Assembly: GCA_963813715.1 (NCBI GenBank)
Contig: CAWFAK010000017.1
Coordinates: 64,001-128,000, forward strand
DNA length: 64,000 nt
Source: an uncultured Planctomycetaceae bacterium
Lineage (GTDB): Bacteria > Planctomycetota > Planctomycetia > Planctomycetales > Planctomycetaceae
Reading direction: 5' to 3'
The translations under genes and the position numbers were made by a program. The notes below the pieces were generated by a model, which made no database searches, was not told the DNA's origin, and worked only from the letters and a program-made list of their open reading frames with translations. This document shows, one piece after another, positions 33,447 through 44,077 of the stretch (the first letter of the stretch is position 1; each line of letters starts with the position of its first letter).

Positions 33447-33837
33447 GTTTTGATCGATCTCCGACAGTGGGGCGTTCGCGGCTGGATTGTACCGGCGGCC
33501 CCGCGCCGGATTCTCGGGAATCCGCACCAAACTTGTCCCGATTTTTGTGGAATTCGCGATGGCGGGCTGACTACGATTGGCGGCTAACCCGCGGCTTCTT
33601 GCTGCGGCCTGACTGCTGATGACTCGAAGGGTGCGGCGCGCTTTCCCATTCTTCCTGGCTCTCAGTTCATTGCTCCCAGTTTATTCTCGACTCAGCTCGC
33701 GTCCGATCATCTCGCCCACCTTTCTGATTGATACCGTTGCCTCGAGCCAGGGTCCGCGCTTGGCGGCCCGTGGATGAGGCATCCGTGTTGTCTGCGAACG
33801 TCCTTGTTCGAACCCGACAGCATCGGCGGGCCCAGCG

Positions 33838-35360
33838 GTGTCTCAGCGCGATCGTTTGCTCGCCCGGCTCTTTCGTATGCCGGGCGACGGGACTCAGCGA
33901 ACCGATCAAATCCTCGGCCACGCGGCTGAGGCCCATCGGCGGCTCTTGAGCTGCGCCGCAGCGGAGGCGACGACAACACGTCGGCCCGCCGGATGGCTGC
34001 CCGCGGCGATCGCCTCGCTCTTGGACCACTTCACCAGCGTGGCCGCCAATGCTCGGAGTGCGGCGTCATCGGGGAGAGCGTTTGCGCGGCGATTTCTGGT
34101 CGATCCGGCTTTTGTTGAAGGGCTGCATCGCGCAACGCTCCTGTCGCCGACGCTGGCCGACTGGCATCGGCGGGTCGCTGAACCGAGCATCGCGAATATC
34201 GCTCCGCCGGCCGATGCCGAGTCCGCGCACCGCTTGGGCAATTCGCTGCTGCCCCTGCTCTTGCGTGTCGACCCGCATTGGCGCGGAGAAGTCGCCCTGC
34301 GGACCGACGTTTATGGCCGGCTGCGATTTCCCCTCTGCGACTGGAGCATGGCGCTTTCGCGGACGGCGGACGGGCCCGGCTGTGTGCTGTCCGACGACCT
34401 CATCACCGCGTCGCTGACTCGCCGCGAGGTGCGACCTGGCGCTAGGCGACACTCCTGGAGGGGACTCTGCTCGTCATGCCGCGGGACGAGTGGCTGCGGA
34501 TGATCGTCGCGAACGACGCCCAACTTGACGGCGACCGCATTCGCTTGCAGACGGCCGACGTCACGGCGCGGCTGCAACACGCCGGTCCGCTGCCCGGTCG
34601 GCGCGTGCGGTACGAGCCGGTCCGCCTCGCCAACGGCAACGACCATTTCGCACTCACCGGTGGCATCATCGCCGCCCTGCTCGGTGCGCTCGGCCGGCAC
34701 TCGCCCGCGATCGCCCGCGAATTCGACACGCTGATGTCGACCGTGCGCGGCTGGGAGCTGCCGGCCGCCGCCTACGGCACGATCCAATCCTTCTCCGATC
34801 CGACCCTGCCGCGAGTGATGGGGATCAACGTCCCCTATGGGCCAGGCGACGAGCCGCGTCTCTGTCCGTTTTGCTTCACCTGGCTTGGACACGAGCTGGG
34901 GCACACCAAGAGCTACCTGATCGAGACGATCCTGCACGTTCGCGGCGAGGCCCTGACGACGAACCAGGCCGACTACACCGAGGTCATTCCCCGCTACGGC
35001 CGGGCCCTCTCGCTGCGGACCGTGCTGCAAGTCCCCTACACACACCTCTACGAATGGACGCTGTTGATGGATTTAGCGGAAGGAGCCTTCGCGGGCCTGC
35101 CCTGGGAGATCACCGACGACGCGCGGGAATTCGGCGAAAACATCCATCAGGAGATCGTCGAGGCGTTCGACCAGATCGAACGCGCCGCACGGCTCACTCC
35201 TTGCGGCCGCGAGGCCGTCGCCCGCCTGCACAGCCTGTGCAGCGAGGCCCAAGTCCGCTGGCAATCGCTAAGCCGGGGCGTCCCCCGTTCGCCGCCCAGT
35301 TGTGACCGCGATCGCGGGCCGTGTAGTTCGGAGTTCAACTCCGGAAAACTGAAAAACTGA
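33838..35360 (+). CDS. HExxH-motif protein resembling aKG-HExxH peptide-modifying enzymes (frameshift near 34435)
   Basis: SFSD..., LGHELGH, IPRYGR..L..VL..PYTH, terminal LTPCG..V..L; the spacing matches my recollection of the family. Confidence 0.7.
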
Positions 35361-35506
35361 TCTTGGCCGACTCGATGTTTTGTGGCTGAATAGAAGGAGT
35401 GGCCCTTTGCGCGAGCTTGTGCGCAGTTGACGGCGCGAAACGGAGCCGGAGTGAGCGAGGCCTGCTCGCTGCGAGCTGAAATCGACTAGGGGAAAACCCC
35501 GGGGGT

Positions 35507-35587
35507 TGGGTCACAATTTTTTACTGTATAGGTGACCCACAAATTGGTGACCCACCCTCACGAGGGGCCGCGCAGTTGGTGACCCAC
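35507..35587. repeat. Cluster of GGTGACCCAC repeats
   Basis: Direct copies at 35531, 35546 and 35578; inverted TGGGTCAC at 35507. Confidence 0.85.
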
Positions 35588-35646
35588 GGCGGGTGGCATG
35601 ACACGCGTCAGAGTGAGACCGACGGGAATCGACGCGATCGAGCAGC

Positions 35647-35703
35647 CCTCGCTGACGCTTCGGGTTAGTAAATGCGTTAGACCAACCGGAAGCGTGTGCG
35701 AGG
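35647..35703. repeat. REP-like imperfect inverted repeat
   Basis: CCTCGCTGACGCTTCGGGTTAGT pairs imperfectly with ACCAACCGGAAGCGTGTGCGAGG. Confidence 0.7.
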
Positions 35704-35851
35704 ACTCTTACTCGGTCGCAAGGGCGGGCCGCGGTCAGGAATTCGCCGGTGGGGAACGGATCCCCGGCGGGGACGAAAATTGGATCCCCGCCGGTGATGG
35801 GGATCCGATTTCACTAAGGGGGAACAAAGATCCCCGGCAGTTCTTTGACCC

Positions 35852-37753
35852 TTACTGGCGACTGCAGGTGATCGCGGAAACCGAGAGCGCCGGCAGCGTC
35901 ACTTTGCCGCTAGTGAGCTTGTGGCTGACGGTTTGAACTCGGTTCGGCGTCTCCCAGTGATTCATCACGTCGGGCTGGCGTGAGTCGTGCGTGTCGCAGA
36001 CTGTCTCGATCGTTCGCGCCGTCATCGGGCCCGCGAGTTCGCCGAGGTCGAGCGACACGTTCGCCGGCTCGCGGTTGGAATTGACGGCAAAGACGCAGAC
36101 GCGCTGCCGCCGTTCGTCGGTGCAGGCCACGACGTCGATGCCGCGAGGCGTTTTGCCGACGGTCAGCGGGACGGGCAACGCGTGTTCGGCGTAGAGCCGC
36201 ATCACGTGGTAGCTCGGCCGTTTGAGCATGCCTGAGGCGTTGGTGCCGATGATGCCGCTGCAGAAGCTGTTGGTCATGTTCGAGCGGCAGGCGATGTCGA
36301 CGAGGTTCGAATTGCGGACGAGCAGGTTGAGGTAGCGAGCGTTCAAGAGCGCCCCTTCGAGCGTGAGCATCTTGCCTCGCAACAGGCCCCAGTCGCCGGC
36401 GGTGAAGTTCCACTCGGTGACGGCCAAGCGCAAGTGGCCGCAGCCGGGCGTGTGGGCGATCATCTGGGCCAGATGCTGAAAGTCGGCTTCGCAGGCGGCG
36501 CAGATCCCGCGTGTAGTGGTGCGGCGCGAGGAAGGCGAGGTCGCGGCCCAGCACGTTCAGCACCTTCTGGGACGGGAACGAGGAGACGATGGCGATCGAC
36601 GGGTCGACTTTTTTCATCGCTCGGATGAAATCGGTGCACTTCTTGATATACGCGTCGTCGTCGCCGCTGATCTCGTTGCCGAGCTGCCAGTATTTGACGG
36701 CGTAGGGGGCGGCGTGACCGTTGGCCGCCCGGCGTGCGCCCCACGTGCTCGTTGCCGGGCCGTTGCAATACTCGACCAGGTCGGCCGCGCTCTGGGGACC
36801 GTCGGAGAAGCTGACGCAGACGAGGGGCCGCGCGTCGACGAGCGCGCAAAACCGGCAGAACTCGTCGATGCCGACGTCGTTCGGATCGATCCGTCCCCAG
36901 TTGACGTTCTCGAACGGAACGCGCCGATCGCGGTCACCGATGCCGTTCTTCCAGCGGTAGCGGCCCGGATCGACGGCGCTGCCGCCCCAACGGATGAGAG
37001 CCGGACGCGCAGCGCGAATCGCGTCCACTACGTCCCGTCGCCAGCCGTTCAGCTCTCCCGTCGCGCTCTCCTCCGGCATCAGCGACAGCTTGTCGACCCA
37101 GACGGTGCCTTGGCCGACGACGCGCAGCGCGAACACGGCGTGGTCGGACGTGCCCTTCGGCTCGAGCCGGGCGGACGAACGGACCCAAGATGACGAACGG
37201 CGCGGACAAGTCGACCGCGGCCAGCTCGGCAAAGCGGCCGTCGGGCAGCTTCGATTGAAGGACGGCCTGCACGTTCACATCGCCGCCGTTGCTCCTCAAC
37301 CAGCCGGAGAAGCGATAGACGCGGCCCGTGATCACAGCCAGGCCCGATTGTGTGAGTTCGGCCGCGCGGCCGCCGTGGGCCGTGATGCGAGCGCATCGCG
37401 GTCCATTGAAGGGGTCCTTCGTTTCGATTTCCCAATCCGTCCCGCGGTCCCACTGGCGGTCGCAGAACGTCGGCGATCCGTCGTAATAGACCCAGTTGGC
37501 GGGCGGCCGGACTCCCTCGAAGCCGCGGTCGTTGAGCATTTCGGCATACATGCCCGGACACAGGTCGTCGAGCAGTTCGATGAAATTTCCGAAAAGCATG
37601 GGGTTGATCCGGCCGTCGTGCAGCGGCCGCGGCCGAAACTTTGAGCACAACATCGGCCGCCCGGCATCTCTTCCAACCGTCACAACCGGCCCACAGGACG
37701 AGCGCGATCAACAGCCAGCCAGTACCGATTCGACGGACGTTCGTCGCTCTCAT
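35852..37753 (-). CDS. Alpha-L-arabinofuranosidase-like glycoside hydrolase, GH51 (about 3 frameshifts)
   Basis: INPMLFGNFIE, AEMLNDRGFE, IRWGG, YWQLGNE (acid/base), VTEWN (nucleophile), C-terminal LPALSVS. Confidence 0.88.
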
Positions 37754-37987
37754 CGCTCTAACCCTCAGGACCCGATCGTCGCAGACGGGAACTGCGCGGG
37801 CGGCTGCGGTGGCCACGCGCACGGCAGATACAACCGTTCGAGACGTTGCGACCCGCCGCGCGGGCCGGCCCGGCGAGGCGCTCGTTTGCCTGAATTTTTG
37901 GCGTCCCGAACCCGCGGAGCGACATAGATTTCTGTGGGTAATTTGGGCCGCTTTTGCCGCGCCCGCACGTTTGACGGTTTGCCGCTC

Positions 37988-39167
37988 ATGGGTGACGAAC
38001 GCAGGAAATACTATCGCTATCCGGTCACGACCGGGAGCGACGCCGTCGTGGTCCGTCATCACGGGATCGAACGGCCCGCGCGACTGGTCAACCTGTCGTC
38101 CGACGGCTTCCGCGTCGATCTCGACCAGCAGTCGATCGAGGTCGACGAAGAGTCGATCGTCGAAGTGGGCGACATTGTGCTGATGGCGACTTCGAACGGC
38201 TTTCATCGCGTCCGCGTCGTGAACGTGGCCCGAGGGGACGGCATGCTGCAGCTCGGATTGCAGCGTCTGCAGGATCTGCCCGCAAACGCGGTCGAAAAGC
38301 ACGAAGAGGCGGAAGGCCGTTCGCGGCCGAAACGGCGTCCCAAGGGGGGCGTTCACGCCACCTTCGCGCAGATCCTGGTGCCGGCGGCGCTCGGCATACT
38401 GATCCTGGGAACGATCGTCTGGACTTGGAACTCCGAGACCGATCCCGTGGGGACCGTCGTCGGCACGGACGGATTCGACACGCCGACCAGCGACTACGGG
38501 CGACGGCGGCGAGCGGCTTCCGAATCGAGCGAGACTGTGGCCGCCAACAACGACAAGCCAAAACGGCGGACGGCGGCCGGTGAAGGCCGCGACGTCGCCG
38601 GCTCGACCCCCTGGATTCATGGGAATAGCTCGAACGACGACTCGAAGATGTCGCGCGGCGAGCGTGCCAACGAAGCAGCGTCGTCGCCGGCCGACGCCTC
38701 GGTCGCCCGGTCAGACTCGCCCGCGGGCGAGAGCGTCCCCGCGGACGGCGCTGGCGGCGGCCCACCAAGCGAGTCGTTCAGCGGGACGACCCTGAGCTTC
38801 GATCCGCGCCGATGCGATGGCCAACATTGAAGTGGCCCTGCATACGGCCAGTCGCGAGAACAAGCACGTACTGGTCGAGTTCGGCGGCAGTGCGTGCGAC
38901 TCGTGCAGCCGGCTCAATAGCGCCATCGCCAAGGACTCGGAGATCGCGAACGCCTTTCAGAAGGCCTTCGTGCTGGTCCTCGTCGACATCGAGGCGAATG
39001 AAAAGCTCGCGGCCCGCTACGTGCGGGACGAGCTGCGAGAGCCGTTCCTGGCCCTGCTCAACAAAGAGGGCAAAGTCCTGAGACGGCGTCGGACGGCCGA
39101 GCTGCAGGAAGGTTCCAAGCTCAACGTCGGCAAGGTCAAAGAGTTCTTGCAACTCTCGGCCGGCTGA
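37988..39167 (+). CDS. PilZ domain + TM helix + linker + thioredoxin-like domain (frameshift near 38808)
   Basis: ERRKYYRYPV and VNLSSDG PilZ motifs; TM ILVPAALGILILGTIVW; FDP/ADAMANIEVALHTASRENKHVLVEFGGSACDSC. Confidence 0.7.
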
Positions 39168-39306
39168 CAGGCCGCGTCATCTGCTTAGGACGGGTTGCGA
39201 ATCCGAATCGTCGCGGTTTGACTGCGGCGGCATTCGCTTGGCGGCCTGTGCGCGAGGGCGATAGGATGGGGCCGCTTGGCGTTCGTTCCGGAAAGGACTT
39301 CCGACG

Positions 39307-40800
39307 ATGACACGGTTCTCCCCCGCTCGACCGCGTTTTTGGGCCTCCTGCGCCCGTCTTCTCACGGCGCTGTTCGTGCTCTTCGCATGGAGGACGACGG
39401 CGGTCGGCCAGCAGCGTCGCCCCGTCGAAACGAAGGCTCAAACGAAGCCACAGCCCAAGCCTGCATCCAAACATGCCGGCCCCAAAAAATTCTTCGTGAT
39501 CGCACCCGAGGCCTTTCATCCGGCCCTGGCCGAGTATCTCGAGTACAAGCGCTCGGTCCGTCCCACGGTGCTGATCTCGCTGGAAAAGGTGCTGAAGTCG
39601 AATGCCGGGCTCGACGATCCGGAACGCCTCAAGCACTTTCTCTACAACGCGTGGCACAAGCAGCGGCTGGGCTACGTGCTGCTCGTGGGCGACGTGGATG
39701 TGATGCCCGTGCGGTACATGGTGCTCGACCGCAAGACGCCGGCGGCGTTCGACTACGCCTTTTATCCGTCGGACCTGTATTACGCCGACCTCGCCCGGAA
39801 AGACGGCAGCTTCGACGATTGGAACGCGGTCAAGGAGGGCTTTCACCGCTTCTATATCGGCGAGGTCCGCGGCGAGAATTTCAAACGCGATCCGATCAAT
39901 TACGATCAGATCACTTACGAGCCCAAGATCGCCTTCGGCCGCTGGCCGGTCAGCACCGAACAGCAAGTTCGCACCGTTGCGACCAAGACGATCGCTTACG
40001 AGAAGAGCATTCGCGACGGGACGCATCCCGGGCTGCGGCGCGCCGATTTCTTTAACACGGCCGGCTACGTCGACGTCCGCGATCGGATGACCGCTTGGGC
40101 TCGCGAGCTACCACCCGGCTGGAGTGCGGGCCGCTATTTTTACACCGACGACAAAAAGCCTTACCACACGCCGCCGCCGGACGAGGCCCACGTGATGGAA
40201 GCGGCCGACCGAGGCTGCGCGCTCATCGCACACGTCGGCCATGGCAGCGACAATTCGTGGTTCAAATCGATTTCGACGCGCGGCCTTTCCAAGCTGAAGG
40301 ACGCCGATCGCCTCCCGGTGATGATTTCGGTCGGTTGCAGCACGGCGAACTTCGCCCCTTTGCCGCCGTACAGCGCTTACGTGGACGTCGACGGTAAGGA
40401 GCATGCGGGAACCAACGCCAAAGAAGTTTTCCGCGCGCCGCCTCCCCCGCCGTCGCCCTATCAAAAGGGCAAGTACAACCCGACGGGGCTCGGCGAGCAG
40501 CTGCTCAAGCATCCCGACACGGGCGCGGTGATCTATATCGGCTGCAACACCGGGGCCCAGCCCTGCGCGATCAGCCTCTTGGAAGGCTTCTTGACCGCAA
40601 TGCGCAAGCCCGAGCCGCCGCTGGTCGGAGACTGCTGGGTCAGCGCGATCCGCTACTACCATCAAAAGGAGCGGCTCGCTCAGCTGGTGCCGAACAACGA
40701 CTGGTATCCCCCCTCGATCTTCTTTCAAGGGGAGAAATTCATGTTCTTCGGCGACCCGACGCTGCCCTTCGCGCATTCGCCGCCCGTTGCGGCAAAGTGA
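39307..40800 (+). CDS. C25 (gingipain-like) cysteine peptidase, secreted
   Basis: YVLLVGD, SDLYYADL, FGRWPV, HVGHG (His), SVGCSTA (Cys), terminal FFGDP. Confidence 0.85.
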   Translation: MTRFSPARPRFWASCARLLTALFVLFAWRTTAVGQQRRPVETKAQTKPQPKPASKHAGPKKFFVIAPEAFHPALAEYLEYKRSVRPTVLISLEKVLKSNAGLDDPERLKHFLYNAWHKQRLGYVLLVGDVDVMPVRYMVLDRKTPAAFDYAFYPSDLYYADLARKDGSFDDWNAVKEGFHRFYIGEVRGENFKRDPINYDQITYEPKIAFGRWPVSTEQQVRTVATKTIAYEKSIRDGTHPGLRRADFFNTAGYVDVRDRMTAWARELPPGWSAGRYFYTDDKKPYHTPPPDEAHVMEAADRGCALIAHVGHGSDNSWFKSISTRGLSKLKDADRLPVMISVGCSTANFAPLPPYSAYVDVDGKEHAGTNAKEVFRAPPPPPSPYQKGKYNPTGLGEQLLKHPDTGAVIYIGCNTGAQPCAISLLEGFLTAMRKPEPPLVGDCWVSAIRYYHQKERLAQLVPNNDWYPPSIFFQGEKFMFFGDPTLPFAHSPPVAAK

Positions 40801-40842
40801 CGGAATGCGTTGCGGATCCCTCGCCTGCGCTCGACCCGCCGT

Positions 40843-42622
40843 TTAAGGACCAAAAAGGCCCCATTCGCTCCGCATCCACCGGCGCCAGGCGTCGAACCCG
40901 AAAACGCACGACAAGAACGCAAACGGCAACGCGATGCGCCAGTGACTCTCGTGGTCCAGCACAAGTCGACCAGCCATCGTCATCGCCGCGAACAACAGCA
41001 GCACCCCGCCGACGGCCAGAAAGCTCGCCAACATCCGGTGTCGCAGCGTCAGCAGCCACAGTCCGCCCGTGACGAGGAGCGCAGCTGCCAAGGCGATTGC
41101 CAGGCCGCCCAGCCTAATCACCGGCATTTCCAACCGCCAGCGCAGCGCAACGTCGCAGAATTTCAGCGTCACGAAAAGCACCGCCAGAATTCCCAGCACG
41201 TCGAAGACGTATGCGACGAAGGCCGCGCGGGCTAATTGGCCGCGCGTCCACGGATAGAGCAATTGAACGGAGAAGGTTTTTCGCCGTTGCCACCAGTTCG
41301 AGAAAATATGCGACAGGGAGATCAGCCAGCCGGCCGCGAGCAACAGGCCGACAAGCAGCGTCGAAAACAGGCGCGAGGGCCAAGGAAACAGGCTCGAGGG
41401 CCAAAAATGGTCGAGCAAGACGACCAAAACGATCGGAGCCACGATGCGAACGACGACGGGCATGAGCACGTCCGGGTTGCCCGCATGGATCGCCCGGATC
41501 TGCCAGAGCCACTGCGGCAGGCGACTCGGCCCGCGGAGCCGGTCCAGGCGACGCTCGAAGCGGATCGGCAGGACGCCGCGCGCGACGCGGCGTTTTTCCA
41601 CATCCTGCAGCGAGAGGATGGGGGTCGCACCCGCTTCGCTCGCCGCCACGCAATAGGCGGGCATCCGCATGGCCACCGCGACGCCAAGGATCGCCCCCGT
41701 GAGCAGGAACCCGGCTGCCAGCCACGGCAACTCTCCGAGCAGAAAGCTTTCCAGCACATAGGGCCGGACGATGAACATCCCGCAGCAGACGGTGGTCGCC
41801 CCGAGCAGAGACGGCCCCGCCGATTTGGTCCCCCGCGACCGGTACCCGAGCCCCCGATGGATCGACTTTGCTCCCCGCGGATTGCCGCGAACCGAATGGG
41901 GCGCCGGGGAGCGCAAGCACGCGGAATTCAAACGCGCTCCACGCGCCCCAGGCAAAAGCCTGGACGGCCGCCGCAGCAAAGAGATCGTCGCCATATTTCC
42001 CGGCGACCAGCGTCGCAACGAGAATCCCGAGGCCGGAAAGGATGCCCAGAAACAGCAGGTGGGGCGCGACGTACCGCGGGAATATCCGCGCTTGCGGCAG
42101 GGAAAAGAACGCCTGGCTCTGCTGCAGCACGGCGCCTCCCAGAGTCAACGTCGCCAAAAGCAAGAAGAGCGTCGACGCGAGTCGTCCCCCGTTGAGTTCC
42201 AAATGCCAGACGCGGATCCCCGGCAATCGGTCGCGGATCCGCCGAAATTGGACCGCGTCGTTGTAGCCGCCAATATAGATGCGTTCCAAATTGGGCAGAT
42301 TGTTGAGCGCTGCTCTCACGGCGTCGACGTTGTCCCGATGTGCGCTCCGCGGCAGGCGGTAGGCATAGGAACCGACGCCTGGTCGCACGATCAGGGCGGG
42401 GTTTTGGAAAGTGCGGGGTCGACCGTCCGACCCGAATACATCGGTCGCCAAGTCCGCCGTGTCCGACGGGAGCAAGAACTCCGGGCACTGGAAGTACGTG
42501 TCCTTCGGCGACACGGGCCACAGAAATGCGCTGGTGCAGACGCAGGCGTACGCGAATGTCCACAGCCACAGCAAGCGGCGCGTGGTCCAGGCCCGCGTGA
42601 CGGCTGCCAGGCGTCTAAGCAA
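40843..42622 (-). CDS. Multi-pass membrane protein, probable ABC-2-type permease (frameshift near 41810)
   Basis: Many hydrophobic segments across two frames; overlaps the stop of the ABC ATPase. Confidence 0.65.
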
Positions 42623-43505
42623 TTTGCATCTCCACGAAGATCTCTTCGAGGTTCAGATCCTCCACCGAGACGTCGGCATTCCAGCGGGTGCGCAACTCCT
42701 CCACGAGTCCGGCGTCCACCGAGGCCATCGCCACGAGCGCGTTGCGACCGTGCACCTCGGTCCGCAGGGCGCCGCCGATCGCGAACGTCCGTGGCAGATC
42801 CGCCCCAGCCGAGATGCGGAGCCGCTTCACGCGGTCCTTCAGGTGGTCGAGCTCGTCGCACAACACAATCTGCCCGTCCTTCAGCATGGCCAGGTGCGAG
42901 GCGATCCGTTCGAGGTCGGAGGTGATGTGGGTCGAAAACAGGATGGTGTTGTCGTCGCTCTCGGCCGTTTGCATCAGCGATTCGAGGAACTGCCGCCGCG
43001 CGACGGGATCAAGGCTGGCCACTGGCTCATCGAGGATCAAAAGTTTGGGCCGATGAGCCAGCGCCAGCACGATCGACACTTTTTGTTTCTGACCGAGCGA
43101 AAGCGGGCCGATCCGTTCGTTGGCCGGCAGCCGCCAGCGTTCGACCAGCTCCGCGGCGAAGGTCGCATCCCAGGTGGGAAAAAACGCCGCCGCGTAGGCC
43201 AGCTGCTGCCGCACCGTCATCCACGGCAGCAGCGCCGGCTCTTGCGGGACGTAGCCGATCTGGGCCTTGCTCGCGGCGCTCAGGTTCCAGGAATCCTCCC
43301 CGAAGACGCGAATTTCGCCCGACGTGATCCGCAGCAATCCCAGCAGGCACTTGATTAGAGTCGACTTTCCCTCCCCGTTGGTGCCGACGAGTCCCAGCAC
43401 CATCCCTCGGGAAACGGTGAGATCGACCCCGTTGAGCACGGGCTTCGCAGCGGACCGCCCGTACGATTTGTGCAGGTTGCGAACGTGGATGACGGCATCG
43501 GACAT
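42615..43505 (-). CDS. ABC transporter ATP-binding protein (YtrB-like)
   Basis: GTNGEGKST, LSLGQKQK, LILDEP, FSTH. Confidence 0.92.
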   Translation of the reverse strand: MSDAVIHVRNLHKSYGRSAAKPVLNGVDLTVSRGMVLGLVGTNGEGKSTLIKCLLGLLRITSGEIRVFGEDSWNLSAASKAQIGYVPQEPALLPWMTVRQQLAYAAAFFPTWDATFAAELVERWRLPANERIGPLSLGQKQKVSIVLALAHRPKLLILDEPVASLDPVARRQFLESLMQTAESDDNTILFSTHITSDLERIASHLAMLKDGQIVLCDELDHLKDRVKRLRISAGADLPRTFAIGGALRTEVHGRNALVAMASVDAGLVEELRTRWNADVSVEDLNLEEIFVEMQIA

Positions 43506-43538
43506 GCTGAACACCGCTTCCTCCTGGGCAACTTCCTC

Positions 43539-43947
43539 TCAGGCGCTGGCAGTTTCCCGCAAGTCGCGTTGCGAGCTTTTGACCACACTCAGCATTTGTT
43601 CGTCGGACAGCGACAGTTGGATCCCCCGCACGACCAATTGTTCGGCGAAGGGCTGCAATTCCTTGCGGCGATCGGCGACCGTGCCGCCGACATCGACCCG
43701 GTCGACGACCATCCCCTGCCCCCGGGACCGACTGACAACGCCCTCCGCCTCGAGCTTCGAATAGGCCTTGGAGACGGTCATCATGTTGATGCCCAACTCA
43801 GCCCCCATTTGTCGCACGCTGGGGAGCGTGTCGCCGGGGGCCAGTTTGCCCCCGGCGACGAGGGCCCGCACCTGATCCATGATCTGCCGGTAGATCGGGA
43901 CACCGGAGGAGGGATGAACTTCAAATTGGAGCGGGCGTCACTTGCAT
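43539..43947 (-). CDS. GntR family regulator, YtrA subfamily (frameshift near the 5' end)
   Basis: PIYRQI, LPSVRQM, TVSKAY, RGQG; short protein directly upstream of ABC genes. Confidence 0.9.
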
Positions 43948-43950
43948 AAG

Positions 43951-43970
43951 TGCATTACTACTGTAATACA
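43951..43970. promoter_or_regulatory. Probable YtrA operator
   Basis: TGCATTA-CTACTG-TAATACA near-palindrome abutting the start codon; resembles the TGTAnTA-N6-TAnTACA YtrA-type box. Confidence 0.75.
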
Positions 43971-44077
43971 GTCGCGGCCGTTCCGTCAAGCCGTTTGTTC
44001 GGAATTCGCGAAGATGCGATAATTTTCGCCGGTGCCATCAGGGCAAGGTTTTCCGCGACGGATTCGCTTTCGGGAGC

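Noticed and set aside
31503..33530. Apparent 675-aa Kelch-VOC fusion protein
   Set aside because: A frameshift near 32597 moves the last Kelch repeat out of frame; once repaired, the Kelch gene stops at 32393 and the VOC gene starts separately
33619..33777. About 52-aa ORF upstream of the HExxH gene as a RiPP precursor
   Set aside because: No clear RBS, leader or core motif; not supportable from sequence alone
35507..35587. Possible mini-CRISPR
   Set aside because: The repeats are only 10 bp with irregular spacing
35598..35936. 112-aa ORF downstream of the HExxH gene
   Set aside because: Runs through palindromic repeats and overlaps the GH51 3' end; likely spurious
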